A program made the position numbers and the translations under genes. DNA of 63,962 bases, counting the filler, from Basidiobolus ranarum (Eukaryota): the NCBI GenBank assembly GCA_040143965.1. It is 3 parts of 3 records of this genome, joined end to end, with 100 filler letters (N's around TTAATTAATTAA, not from the genome) between each part and the next. Parts side by side here need not be neighbours in the genome. Positions count along the whole stretch, not along the records: positions 21,572 to 43,007 come from JASJQH010007080.1; positions 43,108 to 63,962 come from JASJQH010007095.1; 1 more part is not named here. One strand, given 5' to 3'. The notes under the pieces were generated by a model. That model made no database searches and had not been told where the DNA came from. It saw only the letters and a list, made by a program, of their open reading frames with translations. Below, in pieces: positions 39,650-52,220 of this stretch (positions are counted from its first letter, which is position 1; each line of letters opens with the position of its first letter).

Positions 39650-41701
39650 ACTTGATTCGGTGCTTTACACAAGTGAGCCAGCACGGAGGAGATTTGTCTA
39701 TATTGGTGAATGGATATAGTGCTGTCCTTTATTTTTTTAAGCTCTTGCGTGCTAGACAAACACAAAAATTCTAGGAAAGTACCACGTAGAAAAAGAAAGC
39801 CCCGATTGTTCCAGGTAATTAACAAAATCAGGAGAATTGGAGTATACCAATCTTCTAAGAATGAGTGGAAGAGGAGTAAGGACAGCAACCTGACAGAGCG
39901 AATAAATGCTAGCTGATAAATAGCTCCCAATATGGCGGCGTAAAATTTCGAGGCAAAATGAGTTTACATTTTTAAAATTTAACATTTCCAACGAATTTCC
40001 ATTTAGAAAAGGTAGCTGTTAATATTACCATAAAGATACCATGATGATTGGTTGCTTGAACTTGAATGTCTTCCGTTTCTTAATAGTACAGCCAATCTTT
40101 ATCTGGAATTCAATTTTAGATAAAGTTTAGCAAATAAAGGGTAATAACAGACGAATGTAGATCTATATTTAAATAGATGGGACAGGCTCTGGCTCTACAA
40201 GGCAGCATTTCTTTCTCAGGTCTTTTCGTAAACTAATGGGGAATTTCGTTTTCTGTCTCCATGCTCATGTTAGAACATTCTATGAAACAGTTGCTACTTT
40301 TTGCAATATTTCGGCACTTCGGTTGTTGCACAGCTTTTGGCCACGAGCAGACCACATTGCTGAAGTCGAGAATCCACTTATTATTATATCTTGAAGAGTT
40401 GGCCTTCGTCCAACCATCAAAGCACTGGTTTCAGGTGGCTTTGTGCGGTATTCATGCTTGGTATCACACATAATATCTCAACTTCAAACATTTTATCAGA
40501 AATGTGTCATGCTAGAGACATGTACCACAGAGCTGTGGTGAGGGTGAAAGTGCAATTATGTTTTGAGGTTAGGACTATGAAATCATCCTTGAAGTTATCA
40601 TCGTGCAAAATAGTACAGCGTGTTTGTAACACCTCTATGTCCGTAAAATAGTAGCCCAATCTAAGTCAAGGAACGAAAGATATTCCAGATACTGGTAGCC
40701 CAGTTTAAGAATTATGAGTTCTTTTACGAGATTCGAATACTCATTGCCAGAAACAAGCTGCTTATCACCCTCATCATAACCGTGATTTTTGGATAGAAAT
40801 CTTCAATAGGGGCAGTGCGGTTTTATTGCGTTTAAAATAGTCTCTTGGCAGTGAAAAAGGAAAGTGAATGGTACCAATTTTTTAGGGGGTTTCCAATTAT
40901 TGTTCGATATATTGGGATATCGACAGATTTATTTTAATGAATACTCCTTAAATACGACGTTGGTCTATTGAGAGCCTTGTACGCACAATAATAAATGTGT
41001 CTATAAAATGGCGAGAAATGAGGCTGCTTAAAGCTCCTCATCTCTAGCTACTCATAGGCCTTCAGAATATATTGCATTTGTTCGTTATCTTATACAGTGT
41101 GAATGTTACAAATATTCTGATTGGAATTAAACCATATCGCTATATCGTGCTTTGGTATATGATTGAAATCAAAGTGAAATCGAATCTCTGTACCTCATCT
41201 AAAATACTCCCAACTTAATCAAGTCAACAATTGTTCAGCCATATATTTTAAATATCTCGTGATAATTTGAGATTGTTTAGAGTATTATAAAAAAATATAC
41301 AGCATGTTTGGTTGAATTGAACATACTACTTGTTGCGACATTAGTAGTAAGCCCCTAAATAGGGGAACATTTCGTTAGCATATTCAATGTGTATATACTC
41401 AATAATGAAGAACGATGACATTGTAACATCATCTTTGAATATATCTCAGGTATGTTGAAAAAGATTAAACGTTCTAAATTGTCCATACTCCACAAGTATT
41501 TCCAGCAAAAATATAATGTTCTTATAATGCAATCACTAATATCTAATACATTGTAAACTTGTCCACAAGTATCTCTTTTCTATTCAATGCCTAAGCAAGT
41601 AAAGAAAAACTACTCTTTTATTCATCCAAAGCACATTAACTTGTTCTCAAATATCCATAACAGTTGAACATGCATTGGCATATTCCTGTTTCTTTATTTA
41701 G

Positions 41702-42019
41702 TGTTGTAGGATCTTGACATAATGGGGGTAGACTTTGTATATTAGAGGCAACTTATGATAATATTTTTTGGTTACTTTATTCTTAAGAGAATATGGTGGA
41801 CTTATATAGTTGAGAAGTAAATCAATTATTTGAGATAGTCAGAAGTTTGTGTAATAGGATTTAATAGTTAAGTGAGGATAATAAGACATACTTCTTATAT
41901 AGATGTAGAGATATTCCTATTTTTAATATAGGGGCAGTAGATACGTTGTTTTCTGTTTCTGATATATATATCATAACTAAAGTTAACTAAGATGTTGAAT
42001 AAAGATTAATTATTCAACA
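41702..42019 (-). mobile_element. Copia-family LTR (~318 bp), minus orientation, preceded on the minus strand by a polypurine-tract-like aagggaagg
   Basis: TGTTG...CAACA ends. It is the reverse-complement homolog of the LTR at 42463-42780. Confidence 0.85.
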
Positions 42020-42080
42020 CCTTCCCTTAATTCTTATTCAGCAATATGCTTATATTCACTAATGCCTATGCCTGCTCTTT

Positions 42081-42462
42081 GTTAAAGTAATTGGGAGCCT
42101 GTTGAAAGTGGTTTGGAGAATTAGAGAAATTGGTGGTTTTCACTTGTTGATTTATTCAGTAGAAAGTTGACATTTATAGTCTTGTCAAGATATAAACAAA
42201 CTATCATGTAGAATGTGTTAGGGAAGGTCCCAGGAGCATGTGCACAAAGTTTGGGGCTTCCAGCACCAGTTTGAAAAAATCTATATATCAGAGAACTTCT
42301 AAGTTGGTCAAAAAAATTCCAAGTAAATTCCAATTGAGAATGATGGATATGTTAGAGTATTTGGGAGCCTGTTGGAAGTGGTTTGGAGAATTAGAGGAAT
42401 AGGTGGTTTTCACTTATTGATTTATTGAGTAGAAAGTTGACATTTATAGTTTTGTCAAGATG
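42081..42462. repeat. About 1.4 tandem copies of the ~270-bp repeat unit also seen at 25.4-26.5 kb, interrupted by the copia LTR
   Basis: 'ttgggagcctgttg(a/g)aagtggtttggagaattagag...agaaagttgacatttatagt' at 42091 and 42361. The second copy stops at the LTR start. Confidence 0.8.
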
Positions 42463-43007
42463 TGTTGGATAATTAATCTTTATTCAACATCATAGTTAAC
42501 TTTAGTTATGATACATATATCAGAAACAGAAATTAACATATCTATAGCCCCTATATTCTAAATAGGAATATCTCTATATCAATATAACAAGTATGTCTTA
42601 TTACCCCCACTTATCTACTATATCTTATTACACAAACTCCTGAATATCTCAAACAATTGATTTACTTTTCTAGTATATAAGTCACCATATACTCTTAAGA
42701 ATAAACTAACTAAAAACACACTATCATAAGTTGCTTCTAATACACAAAGTCTACCCCCATTATGTCAAGATCCTCCAACATGGTAGCAGTAAGTGAATTA
42801 GAGTTTTCTTCCCAAAAGGAGATTACTAATATTGCAACATTCAATGGGGAAGATTTCCATGAATGAAAATTCAAGATGCAACTTGTGCTTGAAGGGAAAC
42901 ATGTCTGGGAAGTAGTTTAACCAGATGAAGAAGAAGAAACTTCTGAGGAAGAAAGTACAGATTCTGATACTGAAACAAAGAAGCCAACATGTAAAGAAGC
43001 CAGGGTA
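42463..43007 (+). mobile_element. Degenerate Ty1/copia retrotransposon: 5' LTR (42463-42780), PBS and disrupted gag start, truncated by the contig end
   Basis: TGTTG...CAACA LTR is immediately followed by TGGTAGCAG, a tRNA-Met-type PBS. Then IATFNGEDFHE*KFKMQLVLEGKHVWEVV*, a copia gag N-terminal motif with two in-frame stops. Confidence 0.88.
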
Positions 43008-43107
43008 NNNNNNNNNNNNNNNNNNNNNNNNNNNNNNNNNNNNNNNNNNNNTTAATTAATTAANNNNNNNNNNNNNNNNNNNNNNNNNNNNNNNNNNNNN
43101 NNNNNNN
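43008..43107. other. Artificial contig-joining spacer (N44-TTAATTAATTAA-N44)
   Basis: Same 100-nt linker as at 21472. It supplies the false stop of the 2342-aa ORF. Confidence 0.97.
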
Positions 43108-46100
43108 TAATTCTCCATGATACCAGATCAATGGCATAGTGATGAACAGTCATGAAAATCAACTGTTGCCCATTCCAGAGATCATAAAGTGAAAATTGGA
43201 AGAGTGGGCCTGTTTCAATATTGAGGCTTCTCTGCAGCAGATGCACATGGTCCTTGAGTTCCTCGACAGTTTGAATATTACGATGATGAACCTCAAACGA
43301 TTCCTTTCCAGGTGGAAGTACTTGCAGTTTCCACTCACCATTTGTGTTAGTAAAGCGACTACGAAGCATATCGTGCTGATCGAGTATTCCGTCAATGGCT
43401 TTAGATAGATTACCGACACTGATGGGGGTTTGTAACCGTAATAACCAAGACTGATTGAAGTGATTATCATTGGTTTGTTGAGTCTCGAAAAAGTATTCCT
43501 GGATAGGCGTAAGAGGTACAGCTCCTTCCCGAGGTTCCTCTGTCGTTTTGGATATAGCAGTCAAAACAGTAGAGACAGAAGCCTGTTCGCGAATAGTTGG
43601 GTTTTGCATTACTTGTTGCACAGTCAAAGAGATACCATTCTGTCTACTCATAGATGACACCCGAATAGCCGAGATTGAATCACCACCTAAGTGGAAGAAA
43701 GAGTCATTGGCACCTATTTGTGAAGGTGAAATATTAAGAGTCCCAGACCATATCTCAAGCAACATCTTTTCAATGGGCGTAGTGCATTCAACTTTTTGAG
43801 TATTTGCAGATAAACTTTTAAGTTGGTCAATATTCAACGATTTGAAGAAAGCCGTAAGATGTTTGCGATCAACCTTTCCGTTTGCAGTAGTAGGCATTTT
43901 TTGAAGAGGGATCCAGACAGAGGGTACCATGTATGACGGCAAGATCTGTTTAGCGAGATTTCTAGTTTCATCAATGTAGGTAGCTGCAACCTCAGCATCA
44001 GCACCGGTCAGTCTCTCAACCTCAGCATCATTATCACGCATGTCACTATAAGTTATGAATGCTACCAACACTCGTCGATTAGAATTGCTATCTGCCACTA
44101 GTGGGAGAACACAGGCTCTGTCAGTCATGGGATGTTCGTACAGAGCATGTTCAATTTCGTCCAGTTCAATACGCAATCCATTGACCTTGATCTGATTATC
44201 CATTCTTCCAACCATTTCCACAGTACCATCCGTGTTAAATCGACCAAGATCACCAGAGCGGTACATGAGCTCTCCTGGAATGAAGGGATTCTTGACCCAT
44301 GAAGCCTCTGTAAGGTCAGGACGATTGAAATAACCTCGACCAATCTGGGAGCCAGATATGCAAACCTCTCCAATCACTCCTATGGGCACCCGAGATAACT
44401 CAGGATCTAATACATACATATTACAATTTCCGATGGACTTGCCGACATTTCCGATTGAGGATTTCTCACTGATTTTAGGATTCACCGAGCAAACTACAGC
44501 CGTCTCTGTTGGTCCGTAGCAGTTGTAGAAGTCCACAAAGGGAACCCACATATTACGTACCGTAGAGGTCAACATCTCTCCACCAGTTTGAATCCTTTTC
44601 ATGGTTGGGACTTTCTCCGGGTTGACGAAGCTAGCAACGGTTGGTGTTAGGATTGCTGATGTTACTCCCATCGTATTAATACAGCTCTCCAAGTCAGTAA
44701 GTAAGTGATCCTTGGAAGCCACTGCCATCCTGGCTCCGCTTAGGAATGGTAAGAATATCTCCATTACGGAAATGTCGAAGTTGTAATTTGAGAATTGAAG
44801 GATCGAATCTAATTCTGTAACGTTCCAAACTGCTTGTTGTGCTCTGATAAAACTAACTACAGCTAAGTGTTCTAACATGACACCCTTAGGGGTTCCAGTT
44901 GAGCCTGAAGTAAATAATATATAGCATAAATTGGATGAAGTAAGCCCGTCAATGACAGGATTGAGAACTGATTGTTGACTAATGGATTCCTTATCAGAGT
45001 CGATCAGGATCACATTATGCCCGTCGAAGAACTGCTTGTAGCACTCAAGGGTCACCACAACATTGGCTTGAGTTTCATTTACAATGAAACGATTACGCTC
45101 CACAGGGGTGCTCGGATCTAACGGAACATAAGCACCGCCGGCTTTAAGAACCGCCATTATTGCTACCAGTTGCTCCACAGATTTATCCATGCACAATGGA
45201 ACGAGGGAATCCGGTCTTACACCATGCTTGACCAGAAGGTGTGCCAGTTGATTTGAACGCTTGTTTAATTCCTCATACGTTACATACTCTGTGTCTTCAT
45301 ATTGAATAACCACGTTGTTGGGCGTAAGTAGGGCTTGCTTTTCTAGAAGATGGTGCAGGCAGTCATGGATCTCTGAGGTATTGGATTTGTTAATATTGAA
45401 GCTATCAATCAAACTTATCTCTGATTCCGCCATCTTTGGAAGCGCTTGGATTTGGGTTTCACCGTCTGCCTTAATGATGGCTTCAATAATTGCCTCCAGT
45501 CTCTCTAGAAGGTGTCCGGCCAGAGCTTCTGTAACTGAATCACTACTATAATCCAATCTTAAGGCAAGTACTCCGTTTTCGGTCCAGGAATTCAGAGTTA
45601 GTTTGTATTCTGTTGGCTCTAAAATCTTCTCCAATTCAAATTTCAGTTTCACTTCGTTGTCACTCTGAGTATCGTTATCGTCTTGAGACTGGAAATTAAG
45701 AATGGTGTCAAAGCTAATGGTGGTTCCATGCGATTTGCACCACTGGTTGATCTTCTGTAAACCACAATTTTGGAATGGAATACTGGTGAGTAAGTGTAAG
45801 TGAATCTTATGCAACCAATCCACTACACGCATCTCTTTGTTGATTTGGATTCTCAATGGAGAAGTGTTGATGCATGGCCCAATAACCTTATCGATATTCT
45901 TCATGGCCATGTTTCGTCCATTTGTAATAATTCCATACACAAAGTCTTCCTGTGCGTAATACGGCTGTAGCAGTAAGCCCCAGGCTGCCTGTACCACAGT
46001 AGCAAGCGTGACACCCATTGTCTTAGCAAAGTGACGTAGGTCTCTAGTTGCAACTTTAGGTTTTGCTGTCAACTGGAGGTTCTCAGTTTTGAGGAGGTTC

Positions 46101-49100
46101 AAGTCTCCTAGCCTTGGGAAGGTACAGGGCTCTGTACCGGATAAATAACTTGTCCAGTATTTTGACCCCTTGTCATTACTCAAAGCCTTCTCCTCCTTAA
46201 CGCGATAGGCAATGTAATCTTTGTACGGAATGACTGAAGGTCTCATAGTGTCGTTGTAAACTGCTGACAAATCATTCATTGTAATTCTATCAGACCAGCC
46301 ATCGTTGATTGAGTGATGGCGACTGATGATCATCCTGTCTTCACCGTCTCTTACATGGAACAGATGTAAGCGTACGTTGGGCTCTCCAAGAGGGAATCCT
46401 CTGATTACATCATCATCAAGATATTTCTTGACAACTGAGTCGACTTGATCATTATCAATCGTGGATTGCTCGAATTCTAGCTCGAGTTCCCTCAAAACAA
46501 TCTGAAGGTAAGCCCCTGATATTTTTGAATCAAACGGATTGTTAATAAATACTGTTCTCAAAATTGGTAGATCATGAACAATCGTTTTCCAGGCGGAAAT
46601 CAACTTGTCTGTGTCCAAATCCCCAACTAGCTTGTATACATCTCGTACATGATACAGCTCAGGTGATCTCATATTTCCAATAATCAAACCTTCTTGTATA
46701 GGCGAGCATGGGTAAATATCTTCCACATTATGGGCTAGATGCTGGCTATATTGAGGTAGGACTTGATGAACTAATCGATGCAATTCCTCTTCATGCAACG
46801 AAAGAAGTGGGAGATCCGAGACAGTCAGCTCTCCTCTCTCTTTATCAGCACACACGTGAACCGCTTCGATTAATGATTGGCGCCACGATTGCAACCATTG
46901 ACTAACATCTTCCTCCTTGTGAAGAGCATTACTGTATGAGATAGAACAGCAGAGATTGTTGTGCTGTATGGTTACTTCAGCTTCAATAGCATTCATTCTT
47001 CTCCATTTTGGACCAATCAACTTCAAATCAAACTTGTATTTCTCATCAACATCTTGCAACAGTGCCCCTGTCTTTTCTAGATGTTGGAAACGTCCAAGAT
47101 AATTGAAACCAACCTGTGTCTGGTCATTACGAAGAGTTGCAGAGTGTTCTTCATTCAAGTAGCGGAGAAGGCCATAGGTAAAGCCATGATGAGGAATACG
47201 CTTACGAACATCCTTAGTACGTTTTAGTACATCAATGAGAGTATCCCCTGGCTTACTTTGGACGGTAACAGGATAAATAGAGGTGAACCAACCGACAGTT
47301 CGTGAGACATCAATGGAATCATCCCATGGCTCTCGACCGTGACCCTCCGTAGCAATGGTGAGTGACTGAGAGTTAAAAGTCGAGCAGTAAGAAGCGGCAA
47401 GAGTAGAAAGCATGAAATCTACAGCCTCGGTCCTATACGCATCGTTACTTGGGCCAAAGAGTAGCTTGGTATGTTCACTCTCCAAAGTAAACGATAATGT
47501 CTTCACTGTTTCCATGGTGTTCAGCGGGAGCTTGGATACATCGATGGCAAGAGGTTCTATTGGGGATTGCTTTGGCCAATCCTTAAGACTCAATGACTCA
47601 GCATGCTTACTCAATAATTTACTCCAGGCTTTGAAGGATAGGGATTTATACGACAGAGACTGGCCATTAAGAAGCTTCTCAAGATCCTCCCATATAACAC
47701 GCCAAGAAACAAGATCTATAAGGTAATGATGGATAGTCATAAACATCAACTGTTCGCCTTCTGGGAGATCGTAAAGCACAAAGGAGGTAATCGGTCCATT
47801 TTCGATGGAGAGGCTGCGTTGAATCTGGTATACATTTGCTTTCAATTCCTCAACATTTGAAACACGATGCTGTTGAACATTCATATTACTCTCTTCTTCG
47901 GGCACGATTCTTTGTTCCCAGCGACCATCTGTGCGTACAAATCGGACTCGAAGCATTGGATGATGGGCAGCAAGATCGTTCATCGCTTTCTGCAACACCG
48001 TGGCATTGATAGGCTCTCTCACTTTTACCAACCATGAAAGATGGAAATGATTTACTTCCAACTGTTCCACACCAAAGAATTGATGCTGAATAGGAGTGAA
48101 TGGAACTATGCCATTTTCTTCTTCCTCGTCATTAATAGCATGAATATCTTGCTTTCCTGTCACGAATTCTGCATAGTTATTGAGTTGATGGATAGTTGGG
48201 TGCTGAAGAATACTCTGGACGGAGACTTTGACTCCCATTTGGCGACACTGTGAGGATATTTGAATTGCAGAAATAGAATCACCTCCCAAGTGATAAAATG
48301 AATCATCGGTGCCTATAAGAGAGCGCTCAATATTTAGCACGTCTGCCCATACTTCCTGTAGAACCTCTTCCAGTGGAGTGCTAGGCTTCTTCTTGGCTTC
48401 CTTGGGATCTTGAGTAAAGCCACGAAGATAATCAGGATCGCTATCCTTATAGATGGCTTCTAGTGTTTTGAAGTCGGTTTTTCCACTGGTATTAATGGGA
48501 ATCCGAGTCAAAGGGACCCATACAGTTGGTACCATGTATTGGGGTAACTTGGTCCTCATGAGGTCCTGAAGATGGGATATTTGAGCGGTGATTTCGGTGT
48601 GTACTTGATTGTCAATAACAGCTACTGGTCCATCCTCCGAAGTCATATTTTTGATAGTCAAAAAGGCAACTAGAGCACGATGCTTCTTCTTTGTATTCAC
48701 ATTGACATCTAACAATCTTACCGATGCTCTAGAGACTTCAGGATATTGATGCAACGCATGCTCCACTTCGTCCAATTCAATTCGTAATCCGTTCAATTTG
48801 ATTTGATTATCTTTACGACCAAGAATCGTAATTGATCCATCCGGATTAAATCTGGCCAAATCTCCAGATTTGTATAAACGTTCTCCTTCAGTAAATGGGG
48901 AACTGACAAATACTTTTTCGGTAAGATCAGGTTTGTTCAGATAGCCACGTGCAAGTTGAGGCCCACCAAAGCAAATTTCACCGACAGCACCCAAAGGAAC
49001 AGTCTCCAACCTATCATTGAGGATGAACACCTTATTGCGGCCAATGGGCCAGCCGATGTTGGTGCAAGCTGTGGATTCACTCAATGAAGTCCTGATGATG

Positions 49101-50776
49101 GTGTATACAGTAGTTTCCGTTGGACCATAACCGTTATGGAGGGTTGTCCCATTGGTCCAAGCATCGCGTACTGGCTTTGTCAACATCTCACCACCTTGTT
49201 GGAGAAGCTTAAGGGTAGGTACTTCGCTGGGTTTCAATAATCCAGCCACCGTGGTGGTCAATTGGGCTGCTGTCACCTTCATCAAACGAGCCATCTCTGA
49301 CAAATTGGTAAGCAAGTTATTTTTGGAAGCCAAACAGATGCATGATCCAATGGTAAGGTTAACAAAGAAATCAAGAATGGATGCATCGAACGTATAGTTA
49401 GAGAATTGCAAGAAGCGGTCGTTTTGGGTCAAGTTCAAGATCTTTTGATGAGCAGCGACATAGTTGACTACTCCACGATGCTCCAACATCACACCTTTAG
49501 GAGTTCCTGTAGAACCAGAGGTGAAAATAAGATAACAGAGATTGGAAGACTTGAGGCTGGGTATTTCAGGATTTGTAGCTGGTTGCTGGCCTATACTAGT
49601 CTCCTCCCGATCTATTACGACTAGCTGAAGTTCGGAACATTGACTGAATACCTCCTCTAAATTGGAAGTGGTAATGCTTATTCTAGCTTTAGTGTCTTTG
49701 GCGATGAAAGACACACGTTCCATGGGATATTCTGGGTCTAAAGGAACATAAGCAGCACCTGCTTTCAGTACGGCCAGAATAGTAACAATCATATTGATCG
49801 ATTTCTCAAGACAAATTGGCACTATGTCATCAGGTTTCACACCAATTTCGATGAGATGATGGGCGAATCTATTAGCACGCTTGTTTAACTCGTCATAGGT
49901 AACTACCTCCTTATCCTCAAATTGGAGTGCGGCATTCCCGGGTGTTCTCTCTACCTGTCTTTCTATGAGATGATGCAAGCAGGTATCATCTAGTTCTCTA
50001 CTGTAGTCAGATTTTCCTTCTTGCCATATATTCAAAAGTATGTTTTTTTCGTTTTTGGGAGTCCAATTCAATGCCTTCATGGGTGAGTCAAGATTTTGGA
50101 CCAGTGTATTTGCAATATGAACAAATTGGTCAGCAAATAATTGTCCTTGGTCTAGTTGAAAATAATTGTCCGAAAATGTTAGTTGAATGCTGAGCTTTCC
50201 ACCTTCAAGCCAGCCTAACGCACTGACTGCGAGCTATATAGAGAGAAACAAGAAGTCAATACTTGTCTCGAAATCTAATGTGAATTGGCATATTACCTCG
50301 GAATTTTTTTGTAAGTCTAATTTTCTTTCTTTATCGCTGAATGCAACGTAGGTATTATATGGGCTAGTGCCGTCTTCAGCAGAGGAGCCAGAGACTTCAA
50401 AGATACTTGCTGGAGCGATCTTAGCTAACTTCTCAATCCAGTCTGCGACTAGGGAATTCTCCGTTTCTTCGTCATAAACCGAGTAAAATACGTCGAATGT
50501 CTTTAGAGAGACTTGGGATTCCTGATCCCCATAGTTCTTGGTACCAAAGGTGATATCAGAGTTTCTTGTATAGAGATTAAGCAAAATTGTCCACACAGCA
50601 TGTATCAATGCTTTCTCGAGGCCGGGTAGCTCCTTGAGGTTTACACGACTGTAAACTTGGTCCAAGGATACAAGGTCTGTCTGGGTAATCTGGAAATCTC
50701 CACCATTACCAGAGTTAGAACCTTCACTACTGCTGAGTTGCGGAAATTGGCAAACGCTAATCTTCGATGTGTTCAT
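43108..50776 (-). CDS. Multimodular non-ribosomal peptide synthetase: partial C-A1-T1-E1-C-A2-T2-E2, 3' truncated by contig end; intron 50234-50296
   Basis: A cores (YLIFTSGSTGTPKGVML, NGYGPTET, LYKSGDLARF, GRKDNQIKLNGLRIELDE) occur twice. T motif LGGDSISAI occurs twice. E motifs HHYLIDLVSW, EGHGRE, RTVGWFTS and FNYLG; C motif HHSINDGWS. Exon 1 (50776-50297) splices in frame via LAVSALGW...DSPM into ORF 50080. Confidence 0.96.
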
Positions 50777-52220
50777 TGTAGATGGTACTTTTCTCTTGAA
50801 TGGGTTTTTGAATTAATCGTATGCAATATGTCGCTATATATAGATGTTTTCGTTAGTACCATTCAATCGAATGAAGCATCAAGAGTAGCCTACCAACTCG
50901 CCTGTCAATGAATTGAAACTTGCTTGTCAATCATTACCTTTTCAATCCCATCAGAACAAGTAAATTCAATGGCAATATTGGCAATTGTCAGCACAAGTAG
51001 ATGTATCACAGTAGTAATTCAGTCGAGGATTCCCACATTGTAGAATTTCTGACGCCTATCTCTAGTGGATCCGGTGGCAGTCACATCGGCTCTTCATAAT
51101 TGTGTACCGTATAGCGAGTGCTCCAGCCATCTTTTCCTGAACTAGTCATTGCATCTTAGCCATTCCATAATAACAAGAAACTAAATCTGCCTACTCTCAA
51201 ATGGGTTAAAGGTTTCACGCTATCAAGTCCCCAAACCCCGCCACGTGCTACCAAAGAAGGTGAGTGAATGGTAAAAACTCGATTAATATCAGTTAGGTAT
51301 TGCGCAATTCCATGATTTATTAAGTAGCTACATTGCTACAAATAATCAACACGTATGATTTCTCATTGGCAGACCTTTTAGGCAAGTTTGTACGTTTCGA
51401 CTTGAAAATCATTCTTATATTAGGCATTCTGGTGACACCAATCAATCCTAGATACTCTAGTGACTGAGCTCTCCAGTATACGTCTGTGACAACTACGGTT
51501 AAGAAACCTTTTTGCCAGTCAAGAACCAGAACGAAATAAGTGAATATCTCGGGTGCAGTAGAGCGCTTCGCCGATATTCCTACTGCTTTCACCTAATAAG
51601 AAGCATTAGCGCGCTTTGATGGCCCTTTACATACAAAGTGGTGTCTAAGATTCCGATCAATCATCAATATCTATGGTGTGATGAATCTTCAAGCAATCCT
51701 GACTTGGACAAACGGTTAAGTGGATCCAGACATTTTATCGAAACAAGTTCAGATCAGGCACAATACAGCATTGCCAACCCTGCAATTAACACTGGGATTC
51801 AATTTCCAGATGCCCTAGATGAATGGAATGACGTTATTATCTGACAAATCGAAAGCGCTATGCGATCTTCTGCATGACTCCAAGGCGATCAGTGCCTTAC
51901 ATGCAATTGGAGATGAGCGCAGGATTTTAAGGTTGGAAGATCCATCGATAGAGTCTGCATAAATCCAACTATTTCATTGCTATTTGTTATTAAGTCGATC
52001 GCATTGGTGATGATAGTCATGGTTATTCCCTTTTCAGGGCAGGATGGACGTAAATGACTATCTGGACATGTCGATCGTTGCTAATTAGCAATCTTACTCG
52101 GTTACATTTCAGTGCGGAACTTGAATTCAGGCCTTGTTGCTATCGGATATCTACCTCGGCAAAAGCCTTGGCATGATCTCGAGCAAGTAAAGGAACACGG
52201 CTGGAATAGATGGAATAGCT
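50696..52220 (-). repeat. Left arm of a large inverted segmental duplication (NRPS 5' end plus ~1.45 kb upstream)
   Basis: The reverse complement is colinear with 62350-63962, e.g. aaacaagttcagatc at 51741-51755 / 62851-62865 and gttattatctgacaaat at 51833-51849 / 62742-62758. Confidence 0.9.
50834..50843 (-). promoter_or_regulatory. TATA-like element (ctatatatag) of the NRPS promoter
   Basis: About 60 nt upstream of ATG 50776 and exactly conserved at 63815-63824 in the paralogous promoter. Confidence 0.55.

Noticed and set aside
42830-42925. Gag stop codons as evidence of RIP
   Set aside because: There are only two stops, and TGG>TGA is not the CpA>TpA RIP signature.
43052-43107. C-terminus '...LIN*' of the 2342-aa NRPS ORF (and of ORF 20748-21527)
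   Set aside because: It is translated from the synthetic TTAATTAATTAA linker and is not a real protein end.
43108-50776. NRPS as bacterial contamination
   Set aside because: It has an in-frame spliceosomal intron and a TATA-like promoter, and its contig carries a copia LTR of the same family found on the fungal contig 2.
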